Source: the human T2T-CHM13v2.0 reference genome, Homo sapiens. From it: a DNA stretch of 64,000 bases. The stretch lies in assembly GCF_009914755.1 (NCBI RefSeq), contig NC_060927.1, one strand, 5' to 3'. Numbering within the stretch: position 1 is the stretch's first letter; every line of letters begins with the position of its first letter. Below are positions 14,569-28,668 of this stretch, in pieces. Both the position numbers and the translations under genes were made by a program. Below the pieces are notes generated by a model. It made no database searches. It was not told the origin of the DNA and saw nothing but the letters and a program-made list of their open reading frames with translations.

Positions 14569-15334
14569 TGTTGACAAAAGAGTCAAACCTTGTAAAATAT
14601 TTCAAGAGATTTATTCTGAGCCAAATATGAATGACCATGGCTCATGACACAACCCTCAGGAGGTACTGAAAACATGTGCCCAAAGTGGTCGGGGAGCAGC
14701 TTGGTTTTATACATTTTAGGGAGGCATGAGGCATCAATTAAATATATGTAAGAAATACATTGGTTTGGTTCAGAGAGGTGGGACAACTCAAAGCCAGGGC
14801 TTCCAGGTTATAAGTAAATCTAAACATTTTCTGGTTGACAATTGGTTGAGTTTGTCTAATGACCTGGAAGCCATAAAAAGGAAATGTTCAGGTTAAGACA
14901 AAAGATTGTGGAGACCAAGGTTCTTTTGAAGTCTTATAGTGGCTGCCCCTTCAGACAATAGATGACAAAAGTTTCAGACCCTTTGAAAGGTGCTAAACTC
15001 TCAGTTAATCTGTTCAGAATTGGAAGGCCTGGGAAGAAAAGGTCCAGCTATGTTAACAGGGATTCTTTACAGATATGAATTTTCCCCCACAAAGGACAGC
15101 TTGCAGGGCCATTTCAAAATGAGACAAAGAAACATGTTTTGGGAGTAAAATATTTTGATTTTCTTCCTTGTCTCATAATGTTATGCCAGAGTCTGGTTGA
15201 AAAGTATGTTATGATATATAGGGTTAAATAAAACCCATCTAATGAGAATTTATGGTTTGTAGGGCATGATTCCCCAGACCCCTTGGATAGAAATTTGGGC
15301 AAGATAAAAAAAAAAAAGCAGAGATTAGTCCTCA
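14569..15334 (-). mobile_element. ERV1 solo LTR MER4 (MER4D/E-like)
   Basis: tgttgacaaaagagtcaaac..gatttattctgagccaaatatg..; the reverse complement starts TGAGGACTAA; 4-bp TSD TTAG. Confidence 0.88.
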
Positions 15335-15871
15335 TTAGCATGTAAAGGCAATTCTTTCAACTTCTCAACAGAAAACTCAAGAACAACTCTCGATTTATGG
15401 ATTGGAACTATGGATGTTGGATGTGAGAAGACTGACAAAGAACACAGGGATCTGATATGAGAGAAAAATCTGTTAACTTGCCAATCTTCCCCTATCTTCT
15501 GTGATGCTGTTGGCAAGACTAAGTGGTTGGGATAGTAAGAAGTTGAAATTATCATGTATTTTGAAAGTAGACTTAATAGATTGATTGCCTTTTTAATATT
15601 AACTGAGACAGAGTGTAAGTTAGTCAATTGTTTCCTTTATTGTCTCAGCTATAACTGGAGTTTTCGTGTTGTTTTCATTTCCTTCTTTAGTGGTTGCTTT
15701 GTGCTTATAGCATGCATTTGTAACTTGTCACAGTTTACCTTTAAGTAGTATTATATAAGTATTATATAAGTAGTATATATCATGGAAAGTATAAGCACCT
15801 TGCAACAGTATACTTCCATTTTTCCTCTCCTGGTGTAGTGCTATTTACCTCATATTCTTTTTTCATGGTTT

Positions 15872-16450
15872 TTGTAGCAAAGAAAATGTTTCTTTGACAA
15901 GAGGCTGGCCATACCAAGTGGGAGACAATCTTCTTATCCAAGGCTGGTAGGTAAGGGGTTTTTCAAAGAAAGTTTGGGGGACGGGGTAGGGGTGGTTAGG
16001 AAATAGGTACTTGCTGCTGATTGGTTGGGGTGCAATCATAGGGATGTGAAAAACAGTCCTCCTATGAGCTGAGTTGTTTCTGGTTGGGGCCGCAGGAGCC
16101 TTTGGTCTGTGGGTCCAGGTGAAGCCATGGGTGTCAGACATGCAAAAAACTTGCAAAGATATCTCTAAAGGCCAATCTACAATCATCATGTTATTTGCAG
16201 GAGCTCTGGAATAATGACTGGCAATTGCATATGTCTACACCTTAGCATAATTCAGGCTCCTCTCCTTCCCCTAGCCTGGTGGTCTCTCATTAGCTTTACA
16301 AAGGCCACTGAGTTTGTGGAAGGTCTATTATTATTTAAACTATAAACTAAATATCTCCCAAAGCTAGATTAGAAACTTGAAGGCTAAAGTCAAGTGGTGG
16401 CTGGGCTAGATCAGATCTCCCCTACTCCCATAATTTTCATACTTATATAA
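15872..16450 (-). mobile_element. ERV1 LTR, LTR8/LTR26-like, partial
   Basis: gctagatcagatctcccc..ataatttt and ctgattggttgggg..catgcaaaaa motifs; subfamily uncertain. Confidence 0.6.
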
Positions 16451-16499
16451 AAAACTCAAAATATATTACTATTTTTTATTATAAACAGTCAGTTACCTT

Positions 16500-16646
16500 T
16501 TTATTTTTTCCAGATTTATTGAGGAATAATTGACAAAAAAATTATGTGTATTTAAGGTGTACAGTGTGATGTATGGATATATGCACACATTGTAAAATAA
16601 TGATCATGATCAAGCTAATTAATACATCCATCACCTCACATAGTTA

Positions 16647-16692
<46 letters not shown>

Positions 16693-16780
16693 TGTGTGTG
16701 TGGAGAGACCATTTAAAATTGACTCGGCAAATTTCAAGTATGAAATATAGCATTATTAATGATAGTCACCATGCTAAATA
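16500..16780 (-). mobile_element. L1MA9/L1MB-like 3' end containing a T31(GT)11 tract
   Basis: tttattgagg..aattgacaaa..tttaaggtgtaca..atcaagctaattaa..tcacctcacatagttacc; tract at 16649-16702. Confidence 0.8.
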
Positions 16781-17539
16781 CGCAATTATGTCCTAAGAAG
16801 TGAATTCACTGAGGATAAAAATGACTTTTAATTATGCTTTTTACACAATAAATAAAAAATAGCTAGAGGAAAATATGAGGTCAGGTATTCTATTGTTTGT
16901 TTTTAAAATGTGATATATTACAGGTTTTGAACGATCTATATGCATGAACCTACTGAGAGGAAAAAATTTTTAAAAAAATGATGCATGGGAAAAGTTCAGG
17001 AGAAAATATCTGAGTGGATAAGAGAACACTGTATGCAAGCGTACATGGGGAAGTTTCATATTAGGAGGCAAATGGATCTGCTTACTCAAGGAAAGTAGAG
17101 GAACAATGGAGAAAATGGATGGAAAAGCAGGTAGGTTGGTGAATATGGTGGTGACAAGATAAAGAAGTTTCATTCTGATTAAATTTCTTGTCTCAGTATG
17201 ATTAGAAACAAAGCCATCACTAATAGCTGTTCATTTGAAGGGCATTTTTGGAGACTCAAATGAGAAGAGAAGTTGTAATTGGCCATCTGGGAGAATATGG
17301 AAATAAATAGGGTATGAAAACAAAGCAGTATCACCCTCTCGTGACACATCCACTGGAGGTTCTGGTCATGATTTTAAGTGACTGTGCAAATAGTAATGGG
17401 TATGTTTTGTTGTTTTGTTTTTCCCATCCGGTATTTATAGCTTATTGGATTCAGGAGATGTGGGAATAGTTGGATTTAACCAGGATTGAGATCTTGTCAG
17501 GCTAGTTAAGTGAAGAGAGTCGGAGTTGAGGGTGCACGG

Positions 17540-17877
17540 TTATTCAATTTTTTTCCTCTTCTCAAATCTATTTTATGCTCCTCTCTGCCATGTGCTACTC
17601 CCTGTAGATTGAGCTTTACACATTGTGTCCCTGTAGCTATTTTATTATATGTCATCTATAGAAATTGGACAGTGGAAGCCATTAGCAGGAAGTAAGAGGG
17701 TGGGAAAACAGAGCGTTAACATTAATCCACCATCTCCCCAGCCCTCACTGAGTTCAGGAAGTAGCCACCCTCTTTATGGATACTGCTCTTTTGAATGTCC
17801 CCTTTTCTAAAACTCTAGTTGGTTCAAGATTCTAGCTCATTTTGAACTTGCAACTTCCAGTGTTTTTAGTTGCTTGC

Positions 17878-17921
<44 letters not shown>

Positions 17922-18032
17922 TGCGTTGCGATTTGGAATTGTTGGTTCCCTTAACTCTGTCCAAGCCACCAAACCATTTTAGTTAAGCCCTTGAGTATGC
18001 TGTCAACTTTCTTCTTTGATCCTGACTGATAC
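17540..18032 (+). mobile_element. ERVL LTR, LTR33-like, with internal (GT)20 at 17881-17920
   Basis: Ends gatcctgactgataca (LTR33-type terminus); ggaagccattagcagga motif. Confidence 0.55.
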
Positions 18033-20324
18033 AAGATTCATGAACATGAGGTTTATAGAACTAGACCATAAAATCTAAGCTAGAAAAAGAGTAGAATGAA
18101 GGCCCAGTGGAAATGATGTTAGTCATTTCATGGGAGGTCTTTATGGCATTGGAAGTGGTTGGAGTGTTGATATTATAAGGAGTAATCTGGAATTTTAAAT
18201 GAGGATAATCAAAGAATGATATGATTGAAACTGAGATTCTGGAGTTGAGGCAATTAAAGGTAATGAAAAGATTCAGGAAATAATGATGTCATTGTTTCCA
18301 TGAAGTGTGGATAAAATTGATTAAACCAGAGGAGTTCAGAGAACTGAGAAGCCAGGTGATGGCTTTTACCATTCTTTTGATTTTGAAGACATCACCTGTT
18401 CACTGTCCTGTCCACTACATCTAAATATTCCTATCACATGTAGACTGTTCAGATGTGTTTGAATGAATGAATGATTTCCGAGGAAAATAATAGTGAAAAA
18501 GTTTAGGTCTGTGTCTGAATCATAGAAGTGTTCAAAAAGTTATATTGTCTGTTTTTCTCAAGAAATAATTGAGAATTTCTTTAATTCTTCCATGTCTATG
18601 AGAGGCTATGGGACAGAATCATGCATATTAAAAATAAATTTTGAAATTGAATCCCCTAATCATTTTATGCTTTAGATATTTTCAGATCAGCAACAGTTAT
18701 TCTTTTCATTAATAACAGAGAAAGCGACATGCATTTTGGTGTTTGTCAAGACCAGCTTTTCTGAGATAATACAGCTCTTAAGACAAATTGGAGTTGAAAA
18801 AAATCTCATCTCTTATACTGTTTCTCCACCAAAGGCCAAAAGGCTTAGTTTCTATTTACAGAATCTAGGATATGTATATGCATGTGTGTGAGTGTGTGTG
18901 TCTTCATATTTTTAAGACATGCACACTTTCTCTTATTCCATTATGAATCAAAACTTACTATGACCTTACTAGAACAAAATGTTTCTAGGTGTAAGAGTGT
19001 AAAGAACAGCAACTTTCACCATGTTTGGACACATGAAGTGCTAGATAATCTTACTCCAAGTAGGTACAATTATAAAAGCAGAAAAAAATTCAATTATTAA
19101 TAATCATAGAATAAATAGCCACAAAAGATGAAGTTGTAATTTTAACGAATTTTCAGAGTAAACTTTTCTGCTGTGTTAATATCTTCTCATTCATTCTGCT
19201 CCTGATGAAAGTAAAAGTAATTTTTTTTTCCAGAAACCACAGACAGAAGCAAATCCCCAGACTTAACCGATTCTTTTTTTATTCCTTCACCCTTCAGATA
19301 CTTCATTCAAGATATAAGTTTCAATCATATTGATTGAACTCTTCAAAATTAAAAAAGAAAAGCTTTTAAAAAATAATCCTAGCCTAACATCATGAGAGCA
19401 CTGATTGGCAAGGAGATTAGTGAGCTGTTTCTAATGCAGGCATTTCTCTTCTTTCCAGTCCCAGATGAGCACTCTTATACAAGATGATGAGAATATTGTA
19501 ACCAATGCTTCAGTGGGGCTGGTCTGTCTCTTCATAAATGGACTATAAAATGTGCACTTAGGAATCCTCTCTTGCCGCAATTCTACAGCTGATGATTTAA
19601 TGGAAAACAAATATCTAAATGTAATATGGGAGCAGTATGTCAACTTTCTTGATAGTAAATGGGGTGCCCTTTTAGAGAAAAGCTATTTAACACTTCATTG
19701 ATAATAGCTTCATTGTCATTCCTCAAAATATGAGTAAATGCATTTGTTTAATACCTTTTATTTAAAAAGTTATGATCGGTTTAAACTGTGAAGCAGCATT
19801 CATTTAATCTTTACTGGAGAGCAATATTTTCTGAGTCAAATTAACACAGTAGGGGCATCTGCCAGCACCAGCTACTTTGCCCAGAGGATTTATTAGCACT
19901 TTGGATAGACTATATCTTCTCCCAAAGCAGATATTTTAGTTATTCGCTAATGTAAAAGCCAGGCTTCCCAGCAGATCTGCACAAGTCACACACAGAGAAC
20001 TACTAGCTTGACCAGAACCTATGTTAGTTTTCTTTAAGGTTTCATAAGTAAATCTTCCGTTCTTGGGTTTGCTGAGTTTCTTTTTGTGTAATGTTTATCC
20101 ACCCAGGCATAAAAAAGCCTTTATTATACAACATTTTCTCTGAAATAATGTGTATTTAACTTTATTTACACTGGTGCAGCACTGTCACTGTAATAGATAG
20201 ATCTGCACAGCTCAAGTATCTATGTGTTTATTTATAATAAATGACCCACTTTAATTGCTATGTATGAAAAATAACAACTAATTGTTTGAAAAAAATAAAC
20301 TCATAGACTCATATCCTAATACAT

Positions 20325-20470
20325 GCTATAGTATGGTAATAAAGAAAGCAGACATTCACATGAGGATACCTGTGCTCAAATATTAGCTCTGCTATTTACT
20401 GTGTCACTGATATGGGAATTAAATGAGATCAAAATAAAGTCCTTAGCCCACTGCTTTAATGGTCTATAAA
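20325..20470 (+). mobile_element. MIR fragment
   Basis: cctgtgctcaaatattagctctgctatttactgtgtcac MIR core-like motif. Confidence 0.5.
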
Positions 20471-21809
20471 TGACACAATGGATCTTGCTATAAATTTTTC
20501 ATTTATTTTCACCAAGAGACTAATAATAATATCAATACTATCTAAGGGAATGCTCTTTTTCAGATTTTAGTATTCTGTTAGCTTCTGAAGATCTTTTTGT
20601 TTCCAGCAGGAGGAGATTTCCTACTAGAATCATTAATAAGAAAATAATATTATTCGCTTATAAAAATTAAATACAAATATTGTATCATTTAATTATTTCA
20701 GAGGCTGGCTTTCAGTTCAATGTTACTAGAAGAATATCTGCCTGGTCCTTCTCAAGTTTGTCTGCTGACCCCAGACAGCATGACTTCTGAAGGTGAGGAT
20801 GACTTAAGTATAGACTTAGACCACTTCTTCTACTTTTCAAAAAACAAATCAGATCTATCCACGGGATCTTGGTCTCTTAGTTCTTGGCTTCTTTGATAAT
20901 CTCTAGTCACTGAAATAGAACTACAAATGTTTACTTTCTGATTTTTAAATTGGCATTGGCAGGATATGTGGTCAGATGCAAGATAGTTTATCATTCAGAA
21001 GCACAATTTCCCTGCTGTCTATTGGGTATCAATTTTCCTTAAGTCTGGTCATCAGAAATATTTTCTGATTTTTCATTTCAACTACGCCTGGAAGTAAGCA
21101 TTCAGTAAATAATTGATGTACGACTGAATGAATGCTTCTTGCAACTCTGTTTGCTTACATATAGTAATCATTCTCTACAGAAAGTATATTATCACCAAAA
21201 GTAAGCATTTTCTTTTCTGAAAACTATGATTTTGTATGTAACTTTAAATATATAATAAAAAAAATTTTTGCTTTGAGGTCTCAATAAAAACAGTTTTCCC
21301 TTTTATTTGGGAATCTTGAACTCATGACCAGCATTTTAAACAGCATTCTATACTCCCTGGTCTGGAATAGCTACTTCTCATACTCTTTATTATTTATCTG
21401 TCCATGCTAAATGGTGACGGAAGTACCGTAGAGACTACCAACGATAAGGTTACCTTCACCAGCTGCTGCTCAGAGGACTCCATCTCCAGTCTTTTCTATG
21501 TGTAAATATACATACACACACACACATTCACATAAACACACACAAATATATACTTACTTGTTTACTGGTCCTATATGAAGAATCATTATATCACAGAAAT
21601 TTTTTTTTGCAGTGGAAATTAACCAGTTATTAAATAATTATTGAATCAGCAAAGCCCACTGGCTCAAAGTTTAATGAGATTACTTTTACCAAAATAGTAT
21701 CTATCATAAAATAGCATTTAACTTCTTTTTAAATTTGCTACAAATAATTTATAAATAGACATTACAGCCAATAAATGAGAATTATATAATAATATTCTAG
21801 AATAATTAT

Positions 21810-22211
21810 CCTATTAGGCCATTCTTTCACTGCTCTAAAGAAATATCTGAGACTGGGTAATTTATAAAGAAAATAGGTTAAATTGGCTTATGGTTCTTCA
21901 GACTGTACAGGAAGCATGTCGCCTGCATCTGCTCAACTTCTGGGGATGCTTCAGTGAGCTTTTTACTTATGGTAGAAACAAAGAGGGAGCAGGCATCTCA
22001 TGTGGTGAGAACAGGAGCAAGAGATGGGGGAGGTGTCATACTTCAAAACAGCTAGATTTTCTGAGAACTCACTCCGTATAGCAAGGGCCACACCAAGCCA
22101 CAAGGGATCCTCTTCCAAGACGCAAACATCTCCCATCAGGCCCCAACTCCAACACTGGGGCTTACATTTCAACGTGAGATTTGTGTGGGGACAGATATCC
22201 AAACTATATCA
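21810..22211 (-). mobile_element. MaLR solo LTR MSTA-like
   Basis: gagactgggtaatttataaagaaaa..caggccccaactccaacactgggg..atccaaactatatca. Confidence 0.88.
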
Positions 22212-23230
22212 GTTGTACAGACTATAGCAGAGGTTTGAACACAGTCAACAACTTACAGTTGCTCTCACAGATTGTTTTCTCATTGCGCCATGCCTTAGCC
22301 CATAATGTAGCTTCTGCTTCTTGTCTCTTTTTTCTGGAAACTAGAAAAAGCAATCACCACTTCAATAAAATTTCTTCTAATAATTTTAATTAGCATTAAT
22401 CATTTATCACTTTAATCCACTCATCATCTGTTTCTCCAACAAATTGTAGAATTTTCCAAAACCAGGATTATGTTCCATCAGTTTTTTCCCGTGCCTGCAT
22501 AATGCCTGAAAATGGTTGTTACCTAATGGATACTTATATGAATAAATGAAAGTTGAGAGTAACCCTTGTCTCAGCCCAAACTGTGCTGAATGAACAATGA
22601 AGACAGGAGCAAAAAGACTTTCCTTCTGTGTCTGTTATCTCATTTGAGCATTGTCTAGAGCTCCTCAGTCTTTCTGAGTGTGCTCTGGATCTTATTTGAT
22701 TGTCTGCCAAGTTATCGTCTTCATCTCTGAGCCTAGAGCTAGAAGGGTGGGTTTATCAACATTCAGTGCCAATGACTTCAAGTTAACATCTGATTCTTGA
22801 TCTGCTACTTAAATTACTAATGGAATACTGGATTCTTCTATGATTTCATCATATACTTTTGCTTTCTGATATGTCTAGCCTCCCATCTTGAAAATATAAT
22901 ATCTACTGAATTATCCTATTTAACATTAGTTATTCTCCAAATCTGTGATTAGGAACTTTGAACTATTGGTTTTATCTGTTCTTCCATTTCCATTTCTATT
23001 GTAATTTTCTCTGATTAAGTCTTTACATTTAAACTATTATGCTGTTTCTAAGTCTTTCTAATGTAAACATTTTTCATTAAGTGTAAACCTTATTCTTCTC
23101 ATGTTCTGCAGTCATATTCTTCAGTGACATCACTGTGACTTTACTTTCCAGAAATTGTCAATATTCCTTACATTGGCTAGCAAGGCTATCTTTCATTTGT
23201 TCCTGCTTACTTAACCCAAACATCTCTTAA

Positions 23231-23650
<420 letters not shown>

Positions 23651-23740
23651 TATTTTCTCTTTTAATATTTGCTTTTCCTTGTGGTTGTTTATTCTTCCCC
23701 TTAAATCATCCCCCAGTTATTCTACTTGGTTATTAGTTAT

Positions 23741-24280
23741 TGATATGGTTTTGCTCTGTGTCCCCACCCAAATTTTATGTCTAATTGTAATCCCCAGGTA
23801 TTGAGGGAGGAACCTGATGAGAGGTGATTGGATCATAGGTGTAGTTTTCCCCATGCTGTTATCATGTTAATGAGTGAGTTCTCATGAAAGCTGATGGTTT
23901 TATAAGTGTTTGACAATTCCTCCTTCACATGCTCTCTCTCACCTGCCACCACGTAAGACATGCCTGCTTCACTTTCTGCCATGACTGTAAGTTTCCTGAG
24001 GACTCTCCAGCCATCCACGTGAAACTATAAGTCAATTAAACCTCTTTTCTTTATAGATTACCCAGTCTTGGGCTGTTTTTTGTTTGTTTGTTTTGTTTTG
24101 TTTTACCCCGAGAGAGAGTCTAGCCCTGTCACCCAGGCTGGAGTGCTCACTGCAAACTCTGCCTCCTTGGTTCGAGCAATTCTTATGCTTCAGGCTCCAA
24201 AAGTGCTGAGATTACAGGCATGAGCTACCATGCCCAGACTTGGGCACTTCTTTTTTGCAGTATGAGAACAGGCTAACACA
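23741..24280 (+). mobile_element. MaLR solo LTR THE1D/MSTA-like, interrupted by an Alu monomer
   Basis: TGATATGGTTT...CTAACACA with 5-bp TSD GTTAT. Confidence 0.88.
24075..24238 (-). mobile_element. Monomer-length Alu (left-arm 5' part joined to right-arm 3' part)
   Basis: cccaggctggagtg..ctgcctcc followed directly by aaagtgctgagattacaggcatgagc; flanked by CTTGGGC repeats. Confidence 0.75.
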
Positions 24281-24396
24281 GTTATGCACGTACAGTCTTT
24301 AGTATTCAAAATAACTTATTCAGTGCCTACTGATTTCTGCACATTGTGAAGAATTGCACATTGTATATTGTATAGAATTTCTGCACATTGTATAGA

Positions 24397-24399
<3 letters not shown>

Positions 24400-24435
<36 letters not shown>
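24400..24435. repeat. (GA)18 microsatellite
   Basis: Direct reading. Confidence 0.97.
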
Positions 24436-24438
<3 letters not shown>

Positions 24439-25074
24439 GCATTGAATTTTATTAGCTATGACATGTGCCCCAAGATACACATCAATAAGCTACCTGCCAG
24501 GGAAGCAAGCAGGACTGGAATAGCTTCTGTTTGTGCCATTTCTCTGGCTTTACTTCCTATATATCCTTCTGTTGTTTTAAGTTTCAGGAAAGAAGAGTGC
24601 ACTACTTATGCTTCTCATGTTTTCCATATAGCACCTGGCATATTGTAGTAACATAGAATGTCATTAAAGATGTGTTGAATTCAATTGTGTTTGATGCTTG
24701 TTTTAATTATCAACTTAAAAAAATCACGTTGCATATGATGACTAGTACGTTAATATATTTCCAACCCTTTTTAGGTGAACTTCAACAACGACATCCAAAA
24801 GCGCTAATCCTAAAAATGCTTAGATGCCTTTAAAATGAAATATCATGTTTACCCTTGAGCATAAGTGTGTCTTACAAATCAAACAGTGTAACACAGGCCC
24901 AGACTAAGAGGAACTAAAATGCTGTTCAGTTCCTTTTCTCATTTGCAGCTATTCTCTCTGCTTCCCAACCGACCTTTAATTCAACCAGTTTGGTTACAGG
25001 GAATGATGTTGCTCAAACTTTGCCAGGAGCAGAAACATTGGCAAATTTTCAATATGTAAATGAACTTCATTTTT

Positions 25075-25384
25075 GGCTGTGTGCAATGGCTCACATCTGT
25101 AATCATAGCACTTTGGGAGGCCTAGGTGGTTGGATCCCTGGAGCCCAGGAGTTTGAGACCAGCCTGGGCAACATGGCAAAAACCATCTCTACAAAAAATA
25201 CAAAAAATTACTGGGCATGTTAGTGCATGTCTGTAGTATCAGCTGCTTGGGAGGCTGAGGTGGAAGGATCCCTTGGTCCCTGGAGGCAGAGGTTGCAGTA
25301 AGCCCAGATTGTGCTACAGCACTCCAGTTTGGGTGACGGAGTGAGACCCTGTCCCAAAAATTAAAACAAACAAACAAACAAAAA
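25075..25384 (+). mobile_element. AluJ (AluJb-like)
   Basis: gagcccaggagtttgagaccagcctgggcaacatgg J-type diagnostics; (AAAC)n tail. Confidence 0.88.
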
Positions 25385-26363
25385 GAATTTCTCCTTTGAA
25401 GTGCAAGAATTAAAAATAAGAGCAGGAATTACCAGATATTAACAAAGAAATAAATGCCAAAATGTATTCAGTTACTTAAGAAAGCCATTTAGTTGAAAAC
25501 CATAAGTCATACTCAGATAGACTGCAGGTACCAGTATGATTTCGCACACCCCTGAATCTTTGTTTCCTCATTTGATGATTTTAGTGTAATATCAGACTGT
25601 AGGTTAAGACATATGAACAACAATGCACACATTATTATTAAATTCTGTATAATAGTATATTGACATCATGCTATTTCCTTATTTTTTGAGAATGTAAAAT
25701 CCATAAGGCAGGTATTTTGTCTAACTCCTTATTCTATATCTGAAGTCTAAACAATCATGCCTTAAAATAGTCAATAGATGTTTCTGGAATGAATTAATGG
25801 ATATTTTGTATGGTTTTGTAAAGGTTTTGTAAATGGTGGTATTATAAAGGAGTAAATGTGGATTCATTTTGCTTGGTTATTAAATCTAGTAAAAATCAGA
25901 GTTGCTTTGCATTCAGCTGGCTTATTCACTGTTTTTCAAATGTTTTGCATTTGCAAACTTTTAATGAGTTTGGCCTCAAGGAGTTTTTCTCCATTCCATA
26001 TGTTTCTGATTCCCTTAGAGTTAGCTCTTACCAAAACTATTTTAATTATTTATTTGAGTCCCAAGGAGCCTTTTGAGATTTCATTAAGGAACTTTTTATG
26101 TCTGACTTTTTATAGTAGAAAGTCTTATTTTTCTCAAAAGTTTCAGACTATATTTTCAAAAATCCATAACTATTGTTAGATTTATGCTAGTTCCCTATTT
26201 CTATTTCTGATGTCATTGGAACAAAAGTTTCTTCCTATTAGTTGAGTGAACAAACTGCAAGACTCTGCATCGTCTGCATTTCTGATATGGGTATTGCAAC
26301 AACTCATAACGCCATAGTGTCTCACAATTCACCCACAGCATTTCTCTTAAACAGGCATAATTA

Positions 26364-26764
<401 letters not shown>

Positions 26765-28012
26765 TAAATTTACTCCATCACAAATAAATACATTCTGTTG
26801 TTTTTGAGAGAATGTTTAAAACACAGAGGCTATCTCCTTTGTTCTTATTTTCAGTAAAATGAATATATTTAATCAATTTAAGGATAAAAATTAATAATTT
26901 CAATGCATACATCTCTGCATTAGGTCAACTATTGGACTTTATGTATTTAATTTTGTAAAGATTCATTATGAAATGAATTGTGTGCTGGGGAAGGGTTGTA
27001 TGTAATTAATTTTTCAGTAAATTCTAAAACTATGCTCTGACTGATTTTAATAAAGTAGATGTATTTTAATTAATACCACTGATGAACTTAATGCTAAAAG
27101 AGGAGAATTAGGCCCTTGTTTTGTCTATTTTTATGGCTCAAGAATTTTGTAGAACATTCTCTACATTTTCAAATTTTAAAAGTTTATTTTACTGTGATCT
27201 TTGAAGCAGCTGGATAAAATAGAATGTCTCTGTACAAACTGCTTAATTCTCATATTTACGTATTCCAATGCAACATTACATAAGAAATAAGGACTATTAG
27301 AGGTATTAATTAGATAATTTGGTAAAGTAAAATAAATAAAATCGCAAAAGAGTACCTATAGCAGCCATGTACCAGTATGAAGTAATTCCTATTTTGAAAT
27401 TTTTTCTTTGAAATAAGAGAATCTCTGAAAAGTAAGTAGTCTAACTTTTAATGATTTTGTAGAAACTTATATACATTTGTACTTTATGCTCATAACTACT
27501 AAATATTAGTAGTGTATTTTTAACAAATGCAAACAAACCAAAATAGACGAAGCATAAATCCTTATGCCTTAAATATGGATGTAAGATTTTAATTTGTTTA
27601 GTGCTGTGTTCCAGAATGTGGAAACACCTTCTAATACATCATGTCAAAAATTACAAGCTAATGCTTACATTCAATGCAAATGCTCATTTTATAAATAAAA
27701 ACATTTTTAATATGATGGATTTTCCTGGAAACTTCAGAGCATAAAATAAGCTTCCCATGTGCAAGTAAAATGGTGAGAGAGGGAAGGATCAAGAATGGAT
27801 GCAGTTCTGCTCTTCTGTCATTTGACAGAAAATGCCATATTTACACCATTGTGCAATGATACAACACTGTGTTTATAACATAATTTTCAAACCAAAAATG
27901 CAAACTTTGATTTAATATATGATATCAAGGTGTGAGTTTGAATATATATACTTATATATTATATAAATTATATATAACACAAAACATATTTTATGTAAAA
28001 TAGAAATATAAA

Positions 28013-28668
28013 ACTTCAGTTTTCCTAACAACAACAAAACAGGTAGCCTGTTTTTGCAAAATAATTTTTAGGTAAAAATTTTAGGTAAAGACATATTATG
28101 TATATGGCCATATTTGGCCATATATATATTATATATGGACATATGTGCATATGTCATGTACATTATATATATGTCCAAAGATAGACCATATATATACTAT
28201 ACATGGATATATATACACATATATACATATGTGTATATGTACATATATGTATATATACCTTGTGTGTATATATATCCATGGATATATGTATACACATATA
28301 TACAGATATATGTGTATATATGTATATATATACACATATATACAGATATTTGTGTATATATATATCCATGTATATATATGTGTACACATATATACAGATA
28401 TATGTGTACACATATATATCTGTATATATGTGTATACATATATATCTATACAGATATATGTATACACATATATATATCTGTATATATGTGTATACATATA
28501 TATCTCCACATATATATATACACACACAGATATATATATATATATCTCCCTGTATAATATATATGGCCAAAGATGGACATATATATATCTGTCCATCTTT
28601 ACGTAAAAATTATTTTTCAAAAACAGGAAACATGTTTTGTTGTTGTTGTTGTTAAGAAAAATTGAAGT
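28013..28668. repeat. Imperfect palindrome: ~125-bp inverted arms around a TA/TATATG-rich spacer
   Basis: Left arm acttcagtttttcctaacaacaacaaaacagg..cctgtttttgcaaaataatttttaggtaaa; reverse complement of right arm acttcaatttttcttaacaacaac..aaaacatgtttcctgtttttgaaaaataatttttacgtaaa. Confidence 0.9.

Noticed and set aside
24333-24398. Short repeats of tgcacattgt, superficially array-like
   Set aside because: Local slippage duplication next to (GA)n, with no unique spacers; CRISPR is not applicable in primate DNA.
28114-28655. Six overlapping 80-163 aa Y/I/C/H-rich ORFs
   Set aside because: Artefact of alternating purine-pyrimidine repeats, which lack stop codons in all frames.
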